Shown: piece by piece, positions 47,088 through 58,825 of the stretch
Numbering within the stretch: position 1 is the first letter of the stretch
Layout: every line of letters begins with the position of its first letter
Origin: Selaginella moellendorffii
Taxonomy: Eukaryota > Plantae > Lycopodiophyta
Assembly (NCBI RefSeq): GCF_000143415.4
Contig: NW_003314289.1
Span: forward strand, 752,292-816,291
Direction: 5' to 3'
DNA length: 64,000 nt
Translations under genes and position numbers: made by a program
The notes under the pieces: model-generated
Told to the model about the DNA's origin: nothing
The model's database searches: none
What the model saw: only the letters and a program-made list of their open reading frames with translations

Positions 47088-50000
47088 TTGGGATGCCAAG
47101 TAGTTTCACAATCCCATAAAGGCAAGGGTACTATTGAGGCCTACAATCTAGCATCTGGGATGTCAAACACCCACAAACTTGTCCATCTTCCTTAACTCTT
47201 CTATTAGCCCCACTACTCTAAATTCCTCTATTATTATCTTGTCTCTTGCACAAGAAATCATGTCCTCCAGAAGTGTTTGTGTGTAAGTTTGATGAGCTGT
47301 TCTAGATTGTGAAGATATTATATGCCAAATAGACCATATATCAGCCATGTTATCTAGTGCCAGCATCATAGCTAGACAATAAACTCTAAACCATGTAAAT
47401 ATAAAGAGAAGGCATTAGGTTGAGCAATTGCTCCACTTGGTATATCTCAGTAAAAAGCTATGCTCTAATTCACTATTCACACGTTTTTAGAATGATATGA
47501 TTTACTTAAAAGAAATAGTTATGCTTGCTAACTTAGTAGTCCTCCTAGCAATCCCTATGTTGGTGACTCAAGGATAACCATGACTACCAATCATGTTGCT
47601 AGAGGGTAAATTAAGGAAGGAAAGAGGATCAGTCATGAGTGAGGGAGAAATGAAAAGAGAGGAGAGGAAAGAAAAGTGGCCTTACCCTAAAAGAACACAA
47701 AAGGGAATATTCCTATCTAGGAATATTCTAGTATGAGTCAAGAGGGTGAGATAGGACAAGATAGAGCATGGAGTTTTAAAAGCAAATAGATAAGCATCTA
47801 GATCTTTAGAGGCACCCTAGCCCCAAGAAGTGGTGAAACCTGGTGTGGACAAGTCTTTTGTCCTTTCTTTCTAAGTTTTCTTGGCAATTTTCATGTTCTT
47901 GGTGAGAATTGAGAGAAAGAAGCAAGATTTGAGAACTTAAAGGCATCATTTATCATGCTAGAAGTCTCATGTATAGAGATAAGTGAAGAGAGTTGAAAAT
48001 TTGAGAGTTTTGAGTCGTTCTTTAAAGTATTTTAATAGTAACTTCTTTAGTGAGCAGATTCTCTCTCAATTCTGAGTAGATTAATTCTATATGTTTTCAA
48101 TAGATTTGCTTCTCCTCTTTCTAGAAAGGTACAATGCTCCTTGTATTTTTGGATTTTTTCTTTCATCATGAATGTTTAGATTTTTGTCTAGTGTTCTTTT
48201 GCCTTCTTGCTGCCTCAATCTTTTGGGTTGCTACTCTGGCCCAAACATATGCTAGGATAGGATCTTAGTAAATTTAGCATAGATTTTTGGTAAGATTGGA
48301 TTCTTTAGAAACATCTGGAGGAAATCTACCAAAGAGCAAAGATCAGACCAACATCAATATGTGATAAAGCTTGAGTGATTTTTCTTTCAACAACTTTACT
48401 ATGAATGAGGGTTTTTCCTCATTGATTTCATGACTGATTTACCTCTAATCCATCCGATCTGAGTCTAGATACATGTTTTTGAAGTTTTTGAGTGTTCTTT
48501 ACATCCAAATTCCACCATTTTCATTAAGACTATAAGTTCACAGTATCTCTAATCATTCTCATCTACTCACTACCATTTGATATCCTAATCACTTGCACAA
48601 CATTTCATCATCCAATTCATGTTCTATATGGACCATAAAGCTAAGATAGCTCCAATAAGGATCTGATCACCATGTAGCAACAAACACTATCACTAACAAT
48701 CATGAGATACTATCATGACCATATACACTATATTCCTAGAGCATTTCCCCACTTTTTGGAGGAGACTTCTTGGACCTGGGACATTGATCAAGGTGACAAG
48801 ACCAAACAACACTTAGGGTGTAGACTTGCCAACACCACTTTTTGAGCTTTGTTTATATGTGGACATCACCACTAGACACAAGTGGGAATCATTATCACAA
48901 ACAGCTTAGTCTGAGAGAAGTTGTGAACACTAATGACATATTGAGACTTCTAGACCATCACATTATCACTCAAGATCCATCCCATCACACTTCCATCATC
49001 CATCCATCCACATTCCATTTCATCCCATCCTCAAGAATCTTAGGTGAGCTTTTGAGCCAACATGAGGTGCTTTTGGGAGGTGTGGGAGCCTTAGAGTCAA
49101 AGCTTTAAGTTTGTGTTCTCACCTCTAAGCTCATATTTCCTTCTTTGTTTCAATTTTTCCAATTTCTTTTCTTTTTTCCATTTTTCTTCCTTAGAGATTC
49201 CTAGGAATCTTTACCTCCCAAGAGTTTAGTTCCTTTGTCAAGTTTCCCACCTGATTTTTCCTTGACCTTTGAACTTCATATCTCATCCCATTTCCACTCT
49301 TTCACTTCCCTGCAAAAAGGTTCTAAAGAGAGATTCTTATGTATTTTAAAAATGCTTTCCACTTTTTTTTAAATCATTTTCTAGAGTTGTATTCTTTTCT
49401 TTGTCTCTTTTTGAATCTTTGTAACTTCACTCCAGCAAGATACTAGCTCATAAATTATACCAATCAACACATCAAATAGATGTTGTAGGGTTCTTGCACT
49501 GTCAAGAGCTTTGTTCTATCCACCGTGGTTGGATTGTGGCCCCAAAATTCCTTGAAATAGAAAGAAAGTTATCACTTAGGAAGATTCCACCATTTTTTAT
49601 AAAAACACTGCAAGTCATAAATGCAAGGGCACAAGGGCAAAGCATTTGAACGTTTGAGCATTGGAGCTAGAGAGTTTCTATAGTATTAGGGGGTGCTATC
49701 ATCCCCAACACCTTAAACCTATGGTTTCCTTCACACATAAATATTAAGGATGTGGCTTTATCCAGATTGTTACCCACTAATTTTGACTAAGGCGTAGGTA
49801 ATGCTAATCCACCCATTAGTAAAGTAGGACAAGGAAGTTCCAAAGCCTACAATGATGTCTAAAGCCCATGGTAATGTCTATATCCATACATGTATTTGTG
49901 GGGCTCTAAACTTGGCTTTAAGCCAAACCTTGTAGAACTCTTACAAGGAATGAGAACACAACATATAGCAAAGTGTACAAAGTTTGTTAAAGGGAAGATT

Positions 50001-51380
50001 TGCCACTATTTTCAAGACAAACTCTTCATCTAAAAACATTTTAAAATCTTCCCAAGATAGTGTCACTTGGTACTACTTCAACCAATTCAACATTAACAAG
50101 AGGAATGTGCTTCTATTCTGGTACCTCTATGATGAAAAAGTAATAATCAAAACATCCTTGTTCCATGCAATTATCATTAAGTGGGAGGAAACTTTCCCTT
50201 ATAACCATTGATTAGGTTTAGGTCTGCACCCAAGAAAACCCCTAAAACACTCTGATAATGGAGGAAAACTTATTGCAAATCATGATAAGTGCCACAAAAA
50301 GATTGGTAATATCTACTACATGCAATTATCACTTCTGAGTACCAAGAACTTCTAGACATATGAAGAGCTAACCACCTTGAGTCATTCAGATGGAAAAGAA
50401 AATGGCAAATATAAATCCATTGATGCCAGAGAACTGATATGCCAAATTGTACTGTATCTACCAGCAAATACTATACGAGCTTAAGTGGGATAACAAAATA
50501 GTATTGGAAAGGAAATAGGTGTAAGGAATTCTTTCAGTATGAAACTAAGTTGGAGAGGGACTTCATTTATACCCTAACTTAGTCTACCTTTATTAAGAAA
50601 GCTAAAGTCCAATCAATCCACTTCTATAACTTCATTAATGCATTAATAAGATTTGGAAGAGTTGGTGGCTTACTTAACAACAGTGGCTTCCCTCATTAGT
50701 AACTATACACCTCTTGATTAGAGCTTGTAAAGTTTGCAATGCCACAAAAATGTAATATCACATTTTGTGGGAATGTTTAGTAGAATAGAAGGGCTCCATA
50801 GTGATTATGAAGTGTAATTGCCAAGGAGGAGTAGAAATCACGTGCTTTGGGGTGTCTTCGTCCAAGGGAAGATAAAACACTAAAAGACTTGGAAATAAAA
50901 ACACAGTGAGGAATCTCACTTTGATTAACTCAACCTTTCATATATACATATTATGCATATTTTATAGGAGCTTTTTGATGTTCTTTGAGGATGTATACTT
51001 GCAAAGATTTAGAAGGCTCGTTACACTAAATTATTCAATGACAAGAACCCTTAGCTTGAGCAATGAACTTGAAGGTCTAGTCCAAATTAATAGTCTCTTT
51101 AGAAACACAATTGGATGTGATTAAGAAAAGAAGAGATGAAAAGAAGATTGCATAAGAATGAACATTCTAGCCCTTTTTTAGAGAAGTGAGGCTGGAAAAG
51201 AAAATTGAACATGGAAACCATTTATTGTGGTTCTGGCAGCATGTCTAAGAAAGATGACATGTGTATTCCCTAAGTTCTTTAAATTTTTCATTAAGTAATT
51301 CAAGCATTTGGGATGTATTATCTATAAACCCCATCCCCCTCATCCCTCCCCTTGCTTTTGACCTACTCTTGGCATCTCTA
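47088..51380. mobile_element. Unclassified decayed transposon-like sequence
   Basis: CpG-poor, ORF-less block. The ends share a weak inverted match (GATGCCAAG...AAA.GCAAGGG versus CCCTTGCTTTT...CTTGGCATC); no protein motif recognised. Confidence 0.3.
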
Positions 51381-52730
51381 TGGTTTTTTAGAGGTTAATA
51401 AATAAATAAATAAATAAATAAATAAAAAACCTCATTGATAGAAAGGTTGATGATAAAATTGATAGAATGCCCCTTAAATCAGCTATATATCAAAATTGAA
51501 TAGGGACATGATGGTGAGCTCATTGTGTCTCCTAAAGTTGCAACAAATGTTAGTGACATGAATGAGAATGTGGGAGCACTCAAAGTAAAGTGCACTAGTA
51601 TTGATATAAATTGGCCCTTCAACACAATGTGACTTGTAAGTCTTGACTCACTCCACCATGGTGAAGAAGACAAATGCCATATATTTGGAGCATTTTGAAA
51701 CACTATAGATTTTTGCCCCACACCCTCTAAAACACACTTCTACTGATTGGTGTTTGAAGTTTTGACAAATAATGTGGGGGCTCTTCAACCATCCCTTCCC
51801 ACTGAGCTTCCATCTCCTATTATTTATATTGATCTAAGAGATAAACTTGTCTTAATTCTAAAGAACAAATGACTCCTTGACCCTAAGTAAGACTCATATT
51901 CATAAACTTACTAAGATGCTCCTTGAATAACATCATTGGAATTTCCACCACTTAATCGAACATGCCCTTGATAGTCATTAAAATTGGCTGCAATAGAGAA
52001 TCCACTCCCTCCTAAAAACCTTGAATAATGATCTTAGATCCTCTTGTTTGATCATGTTTATGTTTTTTTTTTCCCCCTACTCAAAAACAATCCCATTTGT
52101 GTATTTGATTCTTTATCACATGGAAGATGGATTTGGGAAAATGCATGATATAATTGTATAATTAAGTGATAAAAAATTAACTGAAATAACACTAAAACTA
52201 TCTCATAATTTTTTACATACAAATATTTTTAAAAACTTTTAACTAGTTTTGTGATGAACACAATAATATTTTAAAATAAATAAAAATTAATTAATTTTAT
52301 GGAAACATTTTATTATTTTAATCATTTTTTACCATTTTTCTGTACCACTTAATTATTTACACCCACCATCTTAGGCTCCTTATATAAAAGATGTTCTCAC
52401 TATCATTGCCATTGGTGCCTTATAAAGTATATAACCTCCCCAATGGACTCAATTTTCTTAAAAATATTTATAGTTATAATTTATCTTCAATGGTTAATTT
52501 TAGATTATGTATATTATAACTTAAATATAATAAATTAAATCTATTACTATTGTTTTTCAGACATGTATCAATTTAAAAAGAGATGTGTAGAAGGATTAAT
52601 CATTTCTTACTCATTAGAACAAATACTTAAAAGGCCAAAGAGAAAAATATTATTATTTAAAGATTCTTCATATTAGTGTTTTTTATTATTCAAGAAACAC
52701 AACATTAATGTGGATTTATAAATTAGCTTT

Positions 52731-53317
52731 CTAGAATACAAGATCTGTTCTAGGAGATGGTGGAGGACAAAAGAAGAGAGAACCATAATTGTTTCTGACT
52801 AGGAAATTAAGATTCAAGTGAGATGTATGATAATAACCATGGGCATTTAGACAATCTCCCACCAAGACAGAATTTAATAGCGTGAAAGATTCCAGGTTAC
52901 AAGAGCTTGGAAAATCAGCTCCCCAAGTCAAATATCCAAATGAATTAGATATACCATTAGCAAGATCAAGCAAAACATGAGCAAATCCTCCATCTCCGGT
53001 CTTGGTTCTTGCTCCAAGCATCGCAATTCCAGCTAGTGCATAAATCTGTAAGTGTATTTCAGAGGCACTTGCTTCAAATCTACCACATACATCCTAGTAA
53101 ACAAGAAGCTTAATACTAATAAAGCGAAAAACTACAACCGTGAAATATATACCTCTGGAATTTGGTCTACACTAATGGTATCTGTAATGTTCATCCACAA
53201 CTTAGTTTTATTTGTACTCCCAGATATATTTGTGCTGCTTGAGTTTCTAGCTTGAATTGAACTGTAACATATAAACAGGATTAGAAGGAACAATAGGAAG
53301 CACTTATCAAGAGCCAT
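52731..53317 (-). CDS. Secreted CVNH lectin 2
   Basis: Signal peptide exon, intron 53094-53152, then DVCGRFEAS...LLDLANGISNSFGYL..DFPSSC...LNLNFLVRNNYGSLFFC. Confidence 0.85.
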
Positions 53318-53579
53318 AGCTTGTTAGCTTGTTGAGTGAGATATGTATAATATAATTATATATAGATAGATAGATAGATATAACCTGGCAAATTGATTTT
53401 GTGTATTCTAAGCTTTACCAACTGTATCCTTTGTCAAGATTTACTTAAATGCATCTTGTGGATTGTTAGAGTTTCACACCAGCTTCTGGCTTGTCTTTAG
53501 CATTTTGTGTTTACAGATGTAGTTTTGGTTTAAATTAGTAAGGAAACAATTAAAAATGACATAGAGACAAAATGCCAAT

Positions 53580-55226
53580 TCACGGAACGTGACGTCCATT
53601 TTCATCAGCCAATACACGCTGTGAAAGATACACCGTCGAAGAACTTCAAACTAAATCACTTTCAAAAAGTACCTGAAAGCAAGCGAGCGTGTAGCGTACA
53701 TCATCCTCCGAAATGTGATAATGTGTCACCAGTCGGATACTGAAAAGAAACAAAACCAAACAAACCTTAAAAAGTAGGTTGAAAGAAATGAACAGGATAC
53801 CTTGTCTTGGTCAGGTCATACGAGAGAATCCCAATCTTTCCCATAGCTCTGCACAGTTCTTCCGCTGTGAAGCGTGACTTGGTCACGTCCACATTTACCT
53901 GGAAGATAAAATAGCACCAGTCAGGATAAAGAGGGAGAGCAAAATCGTGACACTTCACAATGTTTGTCTCGACTGCGCTCATGTCCACCTGCAGGCCTTT
54001 CATTCCACACAATCCTTCTGGAAACATTCCACTCAAGAATTTTGATAGTGGCCCAAGAAAAGCACGAACTACACAGTACCTGCTAATAGACGAGCATTGG
54101 AGTGATCTTCGTACAATCTGCAAACCATGTCTTTCAGCGCTACCAGACCAGGAGCAGCCAGTATTCCTACTTGTCTCATAGCTCCACCCAAAGCCTTTCG
54201 CAGTCGTTTAGCCTGTCCCAAAAGGATTTCTCTTCAGAAAATGAAAAGAACACAAAACGAAGCAAAGAGCCGTCTCTCAACCTTCTCAATGAATTCATGC
54301 GATCCAACAATCACACTTCCCGCTGGTGCAGCCAATCCTTTTGACAAGCAAACCTGACACGAAGCATTCGTCAAAATTGCCATGAAAACCTCGAGAAAAA
54401 ACAGTCATACCGATACAGTATCAGCTGCTCGAACAAGTCTTTCCGGAGACACCCCCAGAGCCTGTTGAAAGCAAACACTGTTTTTTTAATATTTCTGCTT
54501 CATCGCAGTCAGCACTACTCACTGTGGATGCGTTAAAAATTCGGGCACCGTCTACGTGTAGTCTCAATCCATATCTCTTGGCAAGCTGGCCAACCTGATC
54601 CGTGTACTCAACCGAGACGCATCTTCCACCGCATCTAAGAGGTAGTGCATAGCAAAACTATAAGCGAGCACTCGAAACATTCCAGAAACCACGAAGAAAC
54701 TCTCACCGGTTGTGAGTGTTCTCGATGCAAATCAAGCGAGTCGTCGCAAAGTGCTCGTCGTCCAAAGGCTTGATAGCGTTTTCGACCGCCCTCAAGTCCA
54801 TGGTTCCATCCGGATTGTTTGGAACAATGCTCGGGAAAACACCGCCCAGCGTTGCCATTCCACCTTGCTCGTAAACATTGATGTGGCTCTCAGACCCGAT
54901 GATGGCCTCGCTTGCACGGGCCTGGGAAGAAACAAGAAAAATCCACGACCAAAGAACGCGACAATGCCATGCATCATGCTTACCTCACAGTGAACAAGGA
55001 CGCTGATGAGATTCCCCATCGTACCGGAAGGAACAAACAAGGCGGCCTCTTTCCCAAATATTCTAGCCATTTCCTTCTGGAGCTCGTCCATGGTAGGATC
55101 GACCGTGACAATGTCGTCATCAACCTCGGCGCTGGCCATGGCGGCTCGCATCGCCGCTGTCGGCTTGGTGATGGTATCCGATCGAAAATCCACGATTCGT
55201 TTCGTTCCATTAGCTCCACAATCCAT
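53580..55226 (-). CDS. THA: Low-specificity L-threonine aldolase (multi-exon)
   Basis: [63 protein letters not shown]. Confidence 0.93.
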
Positions 55227-55584
55227 GGCTGACGAGCAAAATCTGTCCACAACGGAATATCTCGCAAAGAATCAGCTGGAACACATCGCAGCGCAGCGCC
55301 AATCCGGCGCCTTACCTCCCGCGAGAAGAATGCTAGGGATGTTCTTCCCCGCCTGCAAAAGCCCTGCGAGCGGTTCTCTCAAGCAATGGAAAGAAGCTTT
55401 TTATACCTACATGCCCGGAAGCTAAAATGCTGCCACGCGACGGCATCCAGCGCGCCACGTGTCCGGTGGGGATGACACCATGGCAAGAGACACAAACGTA
55501 GTATTATCCATAAGAACAAGCTTCTTTGTTTTTAAGCTACGCTATCTTTGATCGAGAAGAAACTATGGTTCTCTTGGATGATCT

Positions 55585-56265
55585 TCAGCCCCGGGTCTTG
55601 GATTTCTCGAAGAACGATTCCTGGCAGTGAGGATCCAGCCACTCTCCGGAGCTTTTCCTGGGTGTTGGTGTTGTCACTGGCCTGACTTGCGAGGATTTGG
55701 CACCAACGAGATCGCAAATGACTTCCACCTTGTTCTCCCGTCCAAACGTCCCATTGCTCCGGTGGTCGGCATCCCTGAGCTTCTGCTTGAAACGCTGCTT
55801 CTTCCCCCCCGCGAAGTTCTCCTGGAGCGACGATGGCTGCCTTAGACCAGGCTTTGCACCGTGAGGGCCCAGGTAGAGATTCTCCACCTGTGTGTTTATC
55901 GGCTGTGTTTCAAACCAAAGTTAGAAAAAGAGAAAGATCTTTCCAGCGTGGTAGGCACACCTTCTGCAGTGTTGGCTTTAAAGTCTCCACAGCCTTCTCC
56001 GTTCTCGCTGTGGTAGTGGTGTTCAAGCTAGGAATCTCGAATCCCTCGGCATCTATGGAGAAACACGGAGAAAAACGTGATATGAGTCCCGACCTCTCTG
56101 CGACTACAACTAAAACTCCACTCAATCGCTCTGTTTCTCGCAGGGAGTGCGATATTTCCAGAGGAAATCTCGGCAAAACCTGGAGAACGCGCTCCACTTA
56201 CCCCATTCATCGTCGTCCGGGAGCAGCACCGCTGGCGGCGCGGCGGGCGAGGCAGCCGGATCCAT
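55585..56265 (-). CDS. Conserved small plant protein of unknown function (3 exons)
   Basis: Splices to MDPAAS...DDDEWDAEGFEIPSL...YLGPHGA...KQRFKQKL...GRENKVE...WLDPHCQES with GT-AG junctions. Confidence 0.75.
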
Positions 56266-56531
56266 GGCGAGCACCCGAGGCTACGGCTCCGCAGCGCACG
56301 CCGGCGCAGCTCATGGAGAGCGGACAGACCAACACAGCTCCCTCTCGCGCGATGGCCGCTCTATCTAGCGCGCTCGTCCCACACAGTGCCGAAAACCCTA
56401 GCTCAGCCCTAGAGAGCGGCATACGGCTCATTTTTAAACTCGCGCACTAGCGGAATGTGCCTGCCGACCGCAACAGAAGATGCCGGGCAAGCGGAATATT
56501 CCCTACGCGCAAGGGTATATTCTCTCTTGTA

Positions 56532-57147
56532 TTATCGTGGACAAAAGAAGAGAGAACCATAGTCGTTCATGACGGCATAGTTAAGGTCGGTTACGCTGCT
56601 CTGTGTTTCACCCTTTCCATCGTCGCAAGGGATCCTTATCCTGGTTCCGCTGATGGCAATACTTGAAAGATCACACGATTGTGCAAAGTCGCTACCGGCG
56701 GGGCCGATATGGCCATTGTGGTTTCCAAGACCATTGTTAAGTTCGAGCTGCACAGTCCCGGTGCCGCCACCAGGTGAGCTGCAGGTGGCCACCAACATTG
56801 CGATGCCATAGTTTGGAACTACGTGCAAGTGGATTCCCGAGCACGACAGCGAGAAGCCACCGCAAACGTCCTGCATACATCTCACAAGAATCAACATGCT
56901 GAAATGTGGAAGAAGCTGACAATTTTACTTGGGGCCAAGCTGTGATCTCTTCGGTGTTGCTGTCGCCCGTGGAAAATATCTCTAAAAACTGAGGCTTTTG
57001 ACTGTAGTCGATCTCCGGCCAGGCGCTGTGGCTAGAACCAGTGCTGTTGTGCTCTGGCTGTGTGTTGTTCGTCACCAGGGGAGTTGCGACATGGAGAGAA
57101 AGGAAGACTAGAAACAATGGTTTGAAAACGAAGGAAACAGCGGCCAT
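56532..57147 (-). CDS. Secreted CVNH lectin 3
   Basis: Signal peptide plus longer linker exon, intron 56871-56928, then DVCGGFSLSC...LVATC...QLELNNGLGNHNGHI...DFAQSC...DLNYAVMNDYGSLFFC. Confidence 0.9.
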
Positions 57148-57557
57148 TATATAAAAATATAGATAGATGCTTTGCTTCCAAATAAATAGTTGCCTATGGT
57201 ACTTGGGTTTGCTGCTTTAATAATTCAGAGACGTCGTTGCGATTGAAGCCAGCTCGCTATACAGAACAAAAACATCGGGAATAGAGACGTAGATTGTGCA
57301 TTGGGCGGCTCAAGCTTTTCTATCTACATAGCTTTAAGACTTTGACCTTGCGAGAAAGCAAACCACCTTGCGAGACTTCCAATGGTTTTGGTGCTTTCGC
57401 TTTTAAGTTTTCTTTTACACAGTCCAAAGTGTCGTTATTCCCTTCCAAGGGAGATCTTAATCTATATCTCGAGCTTTACATGAGATCCAGCTCTATCTCT
57501 GTTAATTGGAGACTTTCAAGGCTTTGATGTAGAAACCTTGTAGAGATTTACAGTTCT

Positions 57558-58727
57558 TTAGTAACCAAGTACATTGTTTGCTTCCGAAACCCAGGTGACA
57601 TAATCGCTCGGATCACTGAGAACAAAGTGGATCTGTTGTGCATCAACGACAATGAGAAAATAGAGATAAATGCTTGCAGAGAAATCACCTCACCTCGTTG
57701 ATACACGAAGGAGGATCTTTGATTTCCTGCAACGCAATCCGAGCTCCTTCCCTCACGGGGTATCTGTTTTACGTAGAAAGCGCACGTCCTTTTTCGGAAA
57801 AAACAGCATTACGGTTTTGGTTACCCGTAAACGCCACAAGAAATCGGTGGAAACGCCAGACATTCCAGTTCAATCTCCTTTGCACGTTGCAGACAACGCC
57901 TACAAAGTAAAACAAACAAACAACAAAAGCGAAAAGAAAAAAAAAAGAAAAGAAAACGAACTTTGTTTCTGGAAAAGAAGCAAAGTTATGCTTTGTCTGA
58001 AACTTTACCTGTAAGTCTGAGCAAGCAATGTAGGCGTTTCCTCGGCTCCATCGTAGGCTGGTCCAACCGCATGAATGATCCTGTGCAATGGTAGTCTGTA
58101 AGCCCTGGAAGAACAAACACGCAAATCGTGTAAGAGAAACGATTAAAAACTGTGAGCTTGAAGACCTTACTTGGTGACACCGCGTTGCCAATGCGGCATT
58201 TCACTCCAAACTGATCGAGAGATTTTAGCATTGCACAGGCTTCCGCTAGAGATGGTCCAGCAGCGTTATGAATAGCTGGTGAAAGAAAGCAGGTATGATT
58301 AGTGAAGGAGCAAATGAAGAACAAGTAGTTCTTGCCTCGATTCACGCCAATTCCAGCGTTTAGCTTCTTGTTTGCGGGAGCAACCTTGCGACCAAGGAGA
58401 GAATCTATCAACGAGCGCAATCATAAAGAAAAAGCGAAGAGAGAATGCGAGAGAGTTACTTACAATCGCATCGCGCTGGCCAGGAACTCGCCACTGCGAA
58501 ATGTCGCCAGTCCAGAAGACGAGCAAGAAGCTGGGCAGTCTGTACAGGACGCCCCCTTCCAGCCCCTCTTGCGATGTCGCCCGCTCCTTGGGCGCATTGG
58601 GAGGCAGCAACAGCGACGGCGCTGGCAAATCCTCATCGTATGTAAACCAGTGCTCGTCGGAGATGCATCTGACCTGCGATCGCGCGAGCGCTGGAACCCT
58701 CGCCCTCCTCCCCAGGCATCGCAGCAT
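57558..58727 (-). CDS. Macrodomain (ADP-ribose-binding) protein with an organellar-targeting-like N-terminus
   Basis: Spliced WTGDISQW..DAIVAPANKKLNAGIGVNRAIHNAAGPSL...IIHAVGP...LAFPPISCGVYGYP; one GC-AG intron at 58276-58335. Confidence 0.88.
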
Positions 58728-58825
58728 TTCCCCCCGGGCTTAGGGTTTATCATCGCTTTTCAAATTCTAGGGCTCATATAAACCCTAAGGTTATAAAACC
58801 TTTCAAATTTTAGGGTTCATAGAAA
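58728..58825. promoter_or_regulatory. 98-bp divergent intergenic region with telo-boxes
   Basis: TTAGGGTTT at 58740-58748, AAACCCTAA at 58780-58788, and a near-match at 58810. Confidence 0.65.

Noticed and set aside
51396-51428. (AAAT)n tract, also (AGAT)n near 53385 and poly-A near 20195
   Set aside because: Ordinary microsatellites.
57558-58727. Macrodomain as eraser partner of the Fic enzymes
   Set aside because: It lies over 40 kb away among housekeeping genes and acts on ADP-ribose rather than AMP.
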